Assembly (NCBI RefSeq): GCF_036365525.1
Contig: NC_090392.1
Location: 70,619,247 to 70,683,246, forward strand
Source of the DNA: Heterodontus francisci
Taxonomy: Eukaryota
Direction of reading: 5' to 3'
Length of the DNA: 64,000 bases
The stretch's first letter is position 1. Every line of letters begins with the position of its first letter. Below are positions 24,253-35,360 of the stretch, in pieces. Position numbers and translations under genes: made by a program. The notes under the pieces are model-generated. The model was not told the origin of the DNA. It saw only the letters and a list, made by a program, of their open reading frames with translations, and did not search any database.

Positions 24253-26760
24253 ATGAACCTGGATTTTGCAGTCAATGGTGAAGTGACAGTGCTCACTGCG
24301 ACCTCAAAGAAAGTTGGCCATAAAGGATCGGTGTGGTAATTTATGTGCGGAGCCACGGGAAATGGACGAGGTCTTAAATGAATACTTCTCGTCTGTATTT
24401 ACCGTGGAGAAGGTCATGGAAGCTAGTGAGTTCAAAGGAGGGAACAGCGATATCCCAGAGCATATCAACATTACAAAGGAGGAGGTGTTGGAGGTTTTGA
24501 AGCACATTAAGTTGGATAAATCCCCAGGGCCTGACCAGGTGTATCATAGGATGCTATGGGAAGCAAGAGAGGAGATTGCTGGGGCCCTGGCAGGGATTTT
24601 TGTATCATCGTTAGCCACGAGTGAGGTACCGGAAGACTGGAGGATAGCTAATGTTGTGCCTTGATTTAAGAAGGGCAGCAGGGATAAGCCAGGGAACTAC
24701 AGGCCGGTGAGCCTTACATCAGTGGTGGGAAAGTTATTGGAAGGGATTCTGAGAGACAGGAATTATATGCATTTGGAAAGGCAAGGTCTGATTAGGGATA
24801 GTCAACATGGCATTGTGCTTGGGAAATCCTGTCTCACGAATTTGATTGAGTTTTTTGAGGAGGTGACCAAGAGGATTGACGAGGGCAGGGCGGTGGACGT
24901 TGTCTACATGGACTTTAGCAAGGCCTTTGACAAGGTCCTGCGTGGTAGGCTGGTCCAGAAGGTTTGAACACACGGGATCCAGGGTGAGCACGCCAATTGG
25001 ATACAAAATTGGCTTGGTGACAGGAGGCAGAGGGTGGTAGTGGTGGGTTGTTTTTCAGTGGCCAGTGACCAGTGTTGTGCCATAGGGATCGGTGCTGGGC
25101 CCTCTGTTGTTTATCATATATATTAATGATTTGGATGTGAATGTAGGGGGCATGATTAGTCAGTTTGCAGATGACACCAAAATTGGTGGTATAGTGGACA
25201 GTGAAGAAGGTTGTCTAAGGTTACAACAGGATACAGATCAACTGGGAAAGTGGGCAAGGGATTGGCAAATGGAATTTAACACAGACAAGTGCGAAGTGAT
25301 GCATTTTGGGAAGTTAAACCAGGGCAGGCCATATACAGTGAATGGCAGGGCCCTGGGGAGTATTGTTGAGCAGAGAGACCTTGGGGTGCAAGTACATAGT
25401 TCCCTGAAAGTGGCAACACAGGTAGACAGGGTGGTGAAGAAAGCTTATGGCATGCTTGCCTTCATTGGCCAAGGCATTGAGTACAAGCGTTGGGATGTCA
25501 TGTTACAGTTGTACATAACATTGGTTAGGCCGCACTTGGAGTACTGTGTGCAGTCTGGTCGCCGCACTACAGGAAAGATGTGATTAAGCTTGAGAGGGTG
25601 CAGAAAAGATTCACAAGGATGTTGCCTGGTTTGGAGGGCTTGAGTTATAAAGAGAGATTGGATAGGCTGGGTTTGTTTTCCCTGGAGCGAAGGAGGCTGA
25701 GAGGGGACATGATGGAGGTATATAAAATTATGAGAGGCATAGATAGGGTAGATAGCCAGAGTCTGTTTCCCATAATAGGGGTGACTAAAACTAGAGGGCA
25801 TAGATTTAAGGTGAGAGGGAGGAGGTTTAAAGGGGATCAAAGGGGTAAATTTTTCACACAAAGAATTGTGGGTATCTGGAATGAGCTGCCTGAGGAGGTG
25901 GTGGAGGCAGGAACAGTAGTGACATTTAAGAGGCATCTGGACAGGTACTTGAATGAGAAAGGTATAGAGGGATATGGAATTAATGCAGGTATGTGGGATT
26001 AGTATAGATAGGCATTATGGTCGGCATGGACACGATGAGCCAAAGGGCCTGTTTCTATGCTGTACGACTCTATGACTCTAAAGAGCTGGCGATCCCTGTG
26101 GCATGGATTTCCACTTTCCCGTGACAGTTTAAATCTGGTGCCAAATCAAGGAGATCTCCAGGCATCCAGCAGCAGTGATGAAAGAAAACAGATAAGCAGC
26201 CAATCACATTGAAGTATTCTCGCAGAAGCAAAGGAGGAAGTTAAAAGCACTTTATCCTTCCCTTTCAATTTAAATTTTCAGATCGCGAAATAAATTATGA
26301 TTGGATCAAGAAGCAAAAATAAAGTTAAACTTTTTTTACAAAAGAGTTGTTATTTCAAAAATGTGGATTTTCTTTCATCATAACAGAGAAATATAAATAT
26401 TTCACAAATATAAAATTACTTTTCAAGACCAGTGAGAGTGTTTAGTAGTAATTAGCAATTTATACACTGTTAAAAACACAGTTACACTTCTTTCAACAAA
26501 GTGTAACTTTTTCAAGCATTTTTACATTGAGACAAACAGTGTAAGAGTGGAAGTTCTCATCAAATCATAGATTTCCCATTGATTGCAGTCTGGAAGTGCC
26601 TCAACAGCGGAGAGCCATAGAATCACTGACAACAACTTCTGGATTTCCACCTTACCCTGTGCATTTGTGTGCTCCCGAAGTCGCTGTAGGTTTCAGTGGA
26701 GAAAAGAGACTGAACGCTGCCAGTTTTGCCATCATTACCACTGCGAAATCCGAGCCATGG
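24253..26760. mobile_element. Non-autonomous DNA transposon-like element split by a CR1 insertion
   Basis: Left end GGATTTTGCAGT...GCTCA matches the reverse complement of the right end (GGATTTCGCAGT...GTTCA, ~26710-26760). Confidence 0.4.
24305..26080 (+). mobile_element. CR1 LINE ORF2 fragment, 5'-truncated
   Basis: KSPGPD, EDWRIANVVP, YMDFSKAFDKV, QFADDTK and LVRPHLEYCVQ with stops and frameshifts; (GACTCTAT)n tail. Confidence 0.92.
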
Positions 26761-27242
26761 TTTCAAAAATCATTTTAAAATATCACTGTACCTACCATGT
26801 GTTGCCCTTAAGTCTAAGGTTGGTTGTATCTTTTCTTTCTGTGCTATACCCTGTTCAGTTCCAGCTTGAATCTGTCACTCTATCTATCCTTATTCTCCTA
26901 TTGAGTTGAGGGATGAATATTGGCCAGGACACAAAGAGCTCCTCTGCTCTTGTGCTGCCTCAGTACTGCACTGGAGTGTCAGCCTAGATTTGTTGTGTTC
27001 GAGTGGCTGCGAGAGTGCTACTACTGAGGCACAGCTCACACAAAATATATCCTCCATGCTTAAAGAACAGCAAAGTAAACTTTATCTAAAGGGTTGGAAA
27101 CTTTATAAAGAACTTCACTTCCCCTCTCCCTCGTCATACAATTTATTCTCGGATTTGAGTTTAAATTCAGAGAAAGAAAATGATTGGTTAATCCTCCATA
27201 CTATCAAGAGAAGTCTACAAGGAAGGAAGCCAAGTTGATCAC

Positions 27243-27446
27243 CTGTGTTGGTAAAGGCTTAATTTTCTTGATTTCATCGATGCCATTCCTCTCTTCGTAC
27301 CATTTTGCTATGAGTGTTTTTGGAGTATAGCGGTTATCCCCATCACTACTATACTCATTGTGTAATCCGAAGCGCTCCGGTGGATTCTGGTAAACTGGGC
27401 ATATATCTTGATCTGAGAGAAATAAGCGCTGATTGTTTGCTGCCAT
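27243..27446 (-). CDS. CFAP68: CFAP68, first identifiable coding exon
   Basis: ATCATGG start; ...YTPKTLIAKWYEERNGIDEIKKIKPLPTQ|gt aligns to human YSNRTLMGNWNQERYDLRNIVQPKPLPSQ. Syntenic position between CRYAB and FDXACB1. The start codon is less certain than the 3' boundary. Confidence 0.8.
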
Positions 27447-27549
27447 GATGAAGGGGCTGGTGAGGGTCGGGTCGGGTCGGGTCTGGGTACAGCAGCTCTG
27501 TGAGTGATGGGTCTGCAACTAACCCGAGCCAGGATGTATCGATGTTTCA

Positions 27550-27563
27550 GTTGTCTTGGTAAC
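27550..27563. promoter_or_regulatory. RFX X-box upstream of CFAP68
   Basis: GTTGTCTTGGTAAC closely matches the X-box consensus GTTNCCATGGNAAC; ~105 bp upstream of the ATG of a ciliary gene. Confidence 0.6.
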
Positions 27564-27959
27564 TGGACGCAGCCACCGACCCAATTCCTTTGCTAATTGC
27601 ATCACAGAGCTAAGCAAAGTGAGTCACACACTGACTCCCATTTGTGGACAACTATGTCTCTTTTTAGATGATTCGTCTGAACTACAACGCGTGTTTATTC
27701 TGTGATTTATACTGATAGTTGTAAAAATGTGAAACATCTGTTAACCTGTATTCAGAGATTCCTGGTTCAAAGGGGTGGCCACTTTCTCTTTCAGAGTTTT
27801 GTTTAATCCCATTGCCATACTGAAAGAAACTCAAATATGGCATAATCGCCACCACTCCAATGCCAGGAGTAACTTTATTCCTATAACATTATTGAAAGAA
27901 AATAAGTAATTAAATTGTCAAGTTAGTAGAAATAGAGGCAACAAATATAAAAGCAAACA

Positions 27960-28540
27960 GATCACATTAGAATGTTATGAAACATTGGTTAGGCCTCAGC
28001 TGGAGTATTGTGGACAATTCTGGGCACCACACTTCAGGAAAGATATAAAGGCCTTAGAAAGGGTACAGAGGAGGTTTACCAGGGATGAGGGACTTCAGTT
28101 ATGAGGAGAGGTTGGAAACAATAGGACTGTTCTTCTCAGAACAGAGAGGGTTAAGAGGTGACCAAGAGAGGTTATCAGGATGATAAGAGGTTTGGATAGA
28201 GTAAATAGTGAAAAACTATTACCTCAGTTGAGTGGGTCAAGAACCAGAGGTGATAGATTTAAATTTGGTAGCAATAGATCTAGAGGGGAGATGAGGAGAT
28301 TTTTTTTTTCCACTCAGACAATTGTCGGAATCTGGAATGCTCTGTCTGAAAAGACGGTGGAAGATGATTCCATAACAATGTTAACAAGGAGTTGGACAGG
28401 TACTTGAGGGTGAGAAACTTAGATGGTTACAGACAAAAAACAGGATGTGGGATTAAGCACAGCTGCTCTTTCAAAGAGCCAGCACATATACGATGGGCCA
28501 AATGGCTGCCTTCTTTACGGTAAGTTTCTATAATTCTGTG
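27960..28540 (+). mobile_element. CR1 3' fragment
   Basis: LVRPQLEYCGQFWAPHFRKD...IRGLDRVNSEKL remnants plus a CR1 3' UTR. Confidence 0.8.
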
Positions 28541-28859
28541 AACTCACTGGCTAGTCACAGGTGTGAGTACTACAACTCCAGTTTAGACACATGCACTAAC
28601 TTTAGTAGAAAACACCTAGCACACAATACAGGTAAATACACTTCACATGTATATCTACTTAAACATCTTCCAACAGACAGTGTGAACCTTTGCAGTCTTT
28701 TTTTTTCACTAAAGTATGGAATTAGGGCATCAATTTATCAGACACAATACATATTAGGGCAGCTTCTTGGCTGTTGCCCAGCTGCTGCGAATGATACTTT
28801 GACTTTATCAGAGACTTCATGCTGAGAATGTTGAATCACACAAGATATATCAGATGAGC

Positions 28860-29438
28860 CCCCACTCTCCATTCAGATCCTACCCCGCTCTCCATCCAGA
28901 CCCTCCCCCACTTTCCATCCAGACCCACCCTGCTCTCCATCCAGACCCTCCTCCACTTTCCATCCAGACCCTCTCCTGCTCTCCATCCAGACCACCCTGT
29001 TCTCCATTCAGACCCTCCCTCACTTTCCATCCAGACCCTCTCCTGCTCTCCATCCAGACCACCCTGTTCTCCATTCAGACCCTCCCTCACTTTCCATCCA
29101 GACCCTCTCCTGCTCTCCATCCAGACCACTCTGTTCTCCATTCAGACCCTCCCTCACTTTCCATCCAGACCCACCCCGCTCTCCATCCAGACCCACCCAG
29201 TTCTCCATCCAGACCCTCCCCTGCTCTCCGTCCAGGCCCACCCAGTTCCTCATCCAGACCCTACCCCGCTCTCCAGCCAGACCACCCTGTTCTCCATCCA
29301 GACCCACACCTACTCTCCATCTAGATCCTCTCCCACTCTCCATCCAGAGCCACACCTACTCTCCATCTAGATCCACCCAGTTCTCCATTCAGACCTTCCC
29401 CCGCTCTCCATCCAGACCCTCCCCCGCTCTCCATCCAG
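28860..29438. repeat. Pyrimidine-rich minisatellite (21-23 bp unit, 67-bp higher-order repeat)
   Basis: Roughly 25 units with core CTCTCCATCCAGACC; CTCTCCTGCT recurs at 28971, 29038 and 29105. Confidence 0.9.
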
Positions 29439-30339
29439 AATACAGTCGGATGCTGCTTTCCTTTAGTCATGATATCCGATAATCATGGTGTGAAGAAGGC
29501 TTGACGAACCAACTGGTCTTTTTCTACCTGTCAATTTCATATGTTCGTATGCCTTTCTCCATTATGTGCTCTGTTGGAGCAGCTTGTTCTTAGTTGATTC
29601 TGATGAAAGGTCACGACCTGAAATGTTAACTCTGTTTTTCTCTCCACTGATGTTGTCAGACCTGCTGAGTATTTCCAGCATTCTCTGATTTTGTTATTGG
29701 GTTTACTTTCTGCTGCTGGTCTGGAGTGGTTATTTTGATTATTCAAGCTGCGCATAATGACAGCGACCCCTCTCCGTACAATGTTGCTGTTGTACAGCTG
29801 TGTTACACACCGTGTTAGAAGTAACCAAGGAATTAAAGCACACACAATGATCACAAAACTCTCACACACTTTGTTTCTCAGCTTACCATCTTACCAACAA
29901 AGACATACGCTGTGCAAATGAGAGCATTGAAGTTGCCTGGCCAAACAACTGTCTTTTACTCATTCTTTAAATGACAAATCAATAATGCAATTAGCCACTT
30001 CTGGATTTCCAATTAGCAACATGTGGCCAGTGGCTAACATATTGGACAGTGCTGCTTTGGTAACATCACAGGCTTTATGCTCTGTAGGATGGAATATATA
30101 GTTTAAAACCGGGTGTGGTGTGAGTTACAGAGTTGAATGGATTGGGCAGGTACTTGACTCATGGAGATAAATAAATATCAGAGGTGTGGCGGAGAATTAA
30201 TATGAGTTGACATCCCAAATAAACAGGAGTGTGCTTGAAAGAAAGGAATGGAAGAAGTAAAAAAATAGAACGAGAATGAATGACATAAAAGAATTAAAAG
30301 GATGATATACAGCCAGAAACTTGGAACAATTATGAACTG

Positions 30340-30625
30340 GGGGGGATAATGTAGAACTGCAAAAGGACATAGACAAGTTGGTGGAATGGGCGAACAAGTG
30401 GCAGATGAAGTTCAATGTGGAGAAAGGTGAAATGATTCATTTTGGTAGGAAGAACATGGAGAGACAATATAATATAAAGGGTACAATTCTAAAGGGGGTT
30501 CAGGAGCAGAGGGACCTGGGGGTAGATGTACATAAATCATTGAAGGTGACAGGACAGGTTGAGAGAACAGTTAATAAAGCATACAGTTTCCTAGGCTTTG
30601 TTAATGTGGGTATAGAGTACAAGAG
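30340..30625 (+). mobile_element. CR1 host element, 5' part (continues at 31283-31290 and 34394-34930)
   Basis: VEWANKWQMKFNVEK...GIEYKS breaks at 30625 and the same family resumes as RPQLEYCVQFWAPHFRKD at ~34394. Confidence 0.85.
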
Positions 30626-31270
30626 TCCTCAGTACCTTGCTCTACGGCAGCGAGGCCTGGACAACGTATGTCAGCCAAGAGCGACATCTCAATTCATTCC
30701 ATCTTTGCTGCCTCCGGAGAATACTTGGCATCAGGTGGCAGGACTGTATCTCCAACACAGAAGTCCTCGAGGCGGCCAACATCCCCAGCTTATACACACT
30801 ACTGAATTCAGCGGCGCTTGAGATGGCTTGGCCATGTGAGCCGCATGGAAGATGGCAGGATCCCCAAAGACACATTGTACAGCAAACTCACCACTGGTAT
30901 CAGACCCACCGGCCGTCCATGTCTCTGCTTTAAAGACGTCTGCAAACGCGACATGAAGTCCTGTGACATTGATCACAAGCCGTGGGAGTCAGTTGCCAGC
31001 GATCGCCAGAGCTGGCGGGCAGCCATAAAGGCGGGACTAAAGAGTGGCGCGTCGAAGAGACTTAGCAGTTGGCAGGAAAAAAGACAGAAGCGCAAGGGGA
31101 GAGCCAACTGTGTAACAGCCCGACAAACACATTTTTCTGCAGCACCTGTGGAAGAGCCTGTCACTCCAGAATTGGCCTTTATAGCCACTCCAGGCGCTGC
31201 TCCACAAACCACTGACCACCTCCAGGTGCTTACCCATTGTCTCTTGAGATAAGGAGGCCAAAGAAGAAGA
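30626..31270 (+). mobile_element. RTE-clade LINE 3' fragment with TSD
   Basis: LYGSEAWTTY...LRRILGIRWQD, RWLGHVSRMEDGRIPK and terminal CSTCGRACHSRIGLYSH; (GAA)n tail; 12-bp TSD AGAGTACAAGAG at 30614-30625 and 31271-31282. Confidence 0.85.
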
Positions 31271-31290
31271 AGAGTACAAGAGCAAGGAAG

Positions 31291-34200
31291 CAATGTAATG
31301 GTTTCCTGGATAATTGGGGCTCTTTCTGGGGTAGGTGGGACCTCTACAAACAGGATGGTCTTCACCTGAACCAGAGGGGTACCAATATCCTGGGGGGGAG
31401 ATTTGTTAGTGCTCTTCGGGGGGGTTTAAACTAAATCAGCAGGGGAATGGGAACCTAAATTGTAGTTCCAGTGTACAGGCTGTTGAGAGTAGTGAGGTAG
31501 GGGATAAGGTTACAGGGACGCAAGAGGGCACTGGCAAGCAAGAACTTAGTTTAAAGTGTGTCTACTTCAACGCCAGGAGCATCCGGAATAAGGTGGGTGA
31601 GCTTGCAGCATGGGTTGGTACCTGGGATCTCGATGTAGTGGCCATTTCGGAGACATGGGTAGAGCAGGGGCAGGAATGGATGTTGCAGGTTCCGGGATTT
31701 AGATGTTTCAGTAAGAACAGAGAAGAGGGTAAAAGAGGGGGGGGGGGGGGTGTGGCATTGTTAATCAAGGAAAGTATTACAGGGGCAGAAAGGACATTTG
31801 AGGACTCGTCTACTGAGGTAGTATGGGCCGAGGTTAGAAACAGGAGAGGAGAGGTCACCCTGTTGGGAGTTTTCTTTTGACCTCCGAATAGTTCCAGAGA
31901 TGTAGAGGAAAGGATAGCGAAGATGATTCTCGACAGGAGCGAGAGTAACAGGGTAGTGGTTATGGGGGACTTTAACTTTCCAAATATTGACTGGAAATAC
32001 TATAGTTCGAGTACTTTAGATGGGTCTGTTTTTGTCCAGTGTGTGCAGGAGGGTTTTCTGACACAGTATGTGGACAGGCCAACCAGGGGCGATGCCACAT
32101 TGGATTTGGTACTGGGTAATGAACCCGTCCAGGTGTTCGATTTAGATGTAGGTGAGCACTTTGGCGATAGTGATCACAATTCGGTTAGGTTTACCTTAGC
32201 GATGGGCAGGGACAGGTATATACCGCAGGGCAAGAATTATAGCTGGGGGAAAGGAAATTATGACGTGATTAGGCAAGATTTAGGATGTGTAGGATGGGGA
32301 AGGAAACTGCAGGGGATGGGCACAAACGAAATGTGGAGCTTATTCAAAGAGCAGCTAATGCGTGTCCTTGATAAGTATGTACCTGTCAGGCAGGGAGGAA
32401 GTTGTCGAGCGAGGGAGCCGTGGTTTACTCAAGAAGTTGAAGCGCTTGTCAAGAGGAAGAGGGCGGCTTAAGTTAGGATGAGACGTGAAGGCTCAGTTAG
32501 GGCGCTTGAGAGTTACAAGCTAGCCAGGAAGGATCTAAAGGGAGGGCTAAGAAGAGCAAGGAGAGGACACGAGAAGTCATTGGCGGATAGGATCAAAGAA
32601 AACCCGAAGGCTTTCTATAGGTATATCAGGAATAAAAGAATGATAAGAGTTAGAACGGGGCCAATCAAGGATAGTAGTGGGAAGTTGTGTGCGGAATCAG
32701 AGGAGATAGGGGAAGCGTTAAATGAATATTTTTCGTCAGTATTTACAGTAGAGAAAGAAAATGTTGCCGAGGAGATTACTGAGATACAGCCTACTAGGCT
32801 AGATGGGATTGAGATTCACAAGGAGGAGGTGTTAGCAATTTTGGAAAGAGTGAAAATAGATAAGTCCCCTGGGCCAGATGGGATTTATCCTAGGATTCTC
32901 TGGGAAGCCAGGGAGGAGATTGCAGAGCCGTTGTTGTTGATCTTTATGTCGTCATTGTCGACAGGAGTAGTGCCGGAGGACTGGAGGATAGCAAATGTTG
33001 TCCCCTTGTTCAAGAAGGGGAGTAGAGACAGCCCTGGTAATTATAGACCTGTGAGCCTTACTTCGGTTGTGGGTAAAATGTTGGAAAGGGTTATAAGAGA
33101 TAGGATTTATAATCATCTTGAAAAGAATAAGTTCATTTGCGATAGTCAGCACGGTTTTGTGAAAGGTAGGTCGTGCCTCACAAACCTTATTGAATTTTTC
33201 GAGAAGGTGACCAAACAGGTGGATGAGGGTAAAGCCGTGGATGTGGTGTATATGGATTTCAGTAAGGCGTTTGATAAGGTTCCCCACGGTAGGCTATTGC
33301 AGAAAATACGGAAGTATGGGGTTGAAGGTGATTTAGAGCTTTGGATCAGAAATTGGCTAGCTGAAAGAAGACAGAGGGTGGTGGTTGATGGCAAATGTTC
33401 ATCCTGGAGTTTAGTTACTAGTGGTGTACCGCAAGGTTCTGTTTTGGGGCCACTGCTGTTTGTCATTTTTATAAATAACCTGGATGAAGGTGTAGAAGGG
33501 TGGGTTAGTAAATTTGCGGATGACACTAAGGTCGGTGGAGTTGTGGATAGTGTCGAAGGGTGTTGTAGGGTACAGAGGGACATAGATAGGCTGCAGAGCT
33601 GGGCTGAGAGATGGCAAATGGAGTTTAATGCAGAGAAGTGTGAGGTGATTCACTTTGGAAGGAGTAACAGCAATGCAGAGTACTGGGCTAATGGGAAGAT
33701 TCTTGGTAGTGTAGATGAGCAGAGAGATCTTGGTGTCCAGGTACATAAATCCCTGAAAGTTGCTACCCAGGTTAATAGGGCTGTTAAGAAGGCATATGGT
33801 GTGTTAGCTTTTATTAGTAGGGGGATCGAGTTTCGGAGCCACGAGGTCATGATGCAGCTGTACAAAACTCTGGTGAGGCCGCACCTTGAGTATTGCGTGC
33901 AGTTCTGGTCACCGCATTATAGGAAGGATGTGGAAGCTTTGGAAAGGGTGCAGAGGAGATTTACTAGGATGTTGCCTGGTATGGAGGGAAGGTCTTACGA
34001 GGAAAGGCTGAGGGACTTGGGGTTGTTTTCGTTAGAGAGAAGGAGGAGGAGAGGTGACTTAATAGAGACATACAAGATAATCAGAGGGTTAGAAAGGGTG
34101 GATAGTGAGAGTCTTTTTCCTCGGATGATGATGGCAAACACGAGGGGACATAGCTTTAAGTTGAGGGGTGAAAGATATAGGACAGATGTCAGAGGTAGTT

Positions 34201-34393
34201 TCTTTACGCAGAGAGTAGTAGGGGCGTGGAACGCCCTGCCTGCAACAGTAGTAGACTCGCCAACTTTAAGGGCATTTAAGTGGTCATTGGATAGACATAT
34301 GGATGAAAATGGAATAGTGTAGGTCAGATGATCGGCGCAACATCGAGGGCCGAAGGGCCTGTACTGCGCTGTAATGTTCTAATTCTAATTCTA
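31291..34393 (+). mobile_element. Young CR1/HER1-like LINE: ORF1 esterase C-terminus plus complete ORF2 (APE endonuclease + RT)
   Basis: ORF1 end YKQDGLHLN...GLN* (SGNH DxxH motif). ORF2 is one frame 31431-34322 with two premature stops (31878-31880, 32469-32471). Motifs YFNARS, ISETW, MGDFN, SDH, QHGF, KFADD; (TTCTAA)n tail. Confidence 0.95.
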
Positions 34394-34930
34394 ATAAGAC
34401 CTCAGCTGGAGTATTGTGTCCAGTTCTGGGCACCACACTTTAGGAAAGATGTGAAGGCATTGGAGAGAGTGCAGAAAAGATTCACGAGAATGATTCCAGG
34501 GATTATGATATTTAGTTATGAAGATAGATTGGAGAAGTTGGGACTCTTTTCCTTGGAGAAGAGAAGGCTGAGAGGTGATTTGATAGAGGTATTCAAAATC
34601 ATGAGGGGTCTGAACAGAGTAGATAGAGAGAAACTGTTCCCACTTGTGTAAGGATCGAGAACGAGCGGGCACAGGGTTTAAAGTGATTGGCGACAGGAGG
34701 AAAAACCTCTTCACGCAGCGAGTGGTTAGGATCTGGAATACACTGCCTGAGAGTGTGGTGCAGCCAGATTCAATTGAAGCATTCAAAAGGGAATGAGACT
34801 GTTATCAGAAAAGGAAGGATGTGCAGGGTTGCAGGGAGAAGCAGGGGAGTGGCACCAGGTGAATTGCTCATTTGGAGAGCCAGTGTAGACACGATGGGCT
34901 GAACGGCCTCCTTGAGCGCTGTAACAATCC
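34394..34930 (+). mobile_element. CR1 host element, 3' part
   Basis: RPQLEYCVQFWAPHFRKDVKALERVQKRF... plus 3' UTR. Confidence 0.85.
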
Positions 34931-34999
34931 TGTAAACAATCAGGAGGAGAGGAGCAAACAAATGAACTGGTTGGGATCTACATGGAAGGAGGATGGGCA

Positions 35000-35360
35000 G
35001 TGAAGAAAGAGGCAGCGTGGTTAGAACTTGTCCTTTACTGGCTTTACCACAAGCGGCTTGTGTCGCTGTTTTTCTATCGGGACAGGTTGCGGGGAGATAC
35101 AGGCACGAATTGGGGTCCCGTCGCTGCTTTGGATGTTCCAGGCTCCCGCAGGTGGGACCTGGCTGCCTCGCTATTTGCTCTGCGGCTTGTTTTTTTGCGG
35201 CTGTGGGGCCGCAGCTGTTTCTGCTGTGCTGGGCCTCGGAGCTTTATTGGAAGTCCCTCTGCTTTGGGTGGTTGGGGAGAGCGAGAGGCCGCCGGGCTGT
35301 GGAGGGGGAAGTGTAGTGTCTCCGGAACCGTGCAGAGAAAGAGTGGGAGGGGAGAAGCAG
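35000..35360 (+). promoter_or_regulatory. GC/CpG-rich segment, probable FDXACB1 promoter or non-coding first exon
   Basis: Locally high GC and CpG in an AT-rich, CpG-poor background. The FDXACB1 ATG exon has a splice acceptor just upstream, implying an earlier exon. Confidence 0.45.

Noticed and set aside
28836-29355. Several ORFs with repeated peptides, and a superficially CRISPR-like repeat
   Set aside because: Translations of a minisatellite; no unique spacers, no cas genes, vertebrate context.
32478-34322. 614-aa ORF as a host gene
   Set aside because: It is the RT part of a CR1 ORF2 cut off by upstream nonsense codons. The antisense ORFs over it are shadows.
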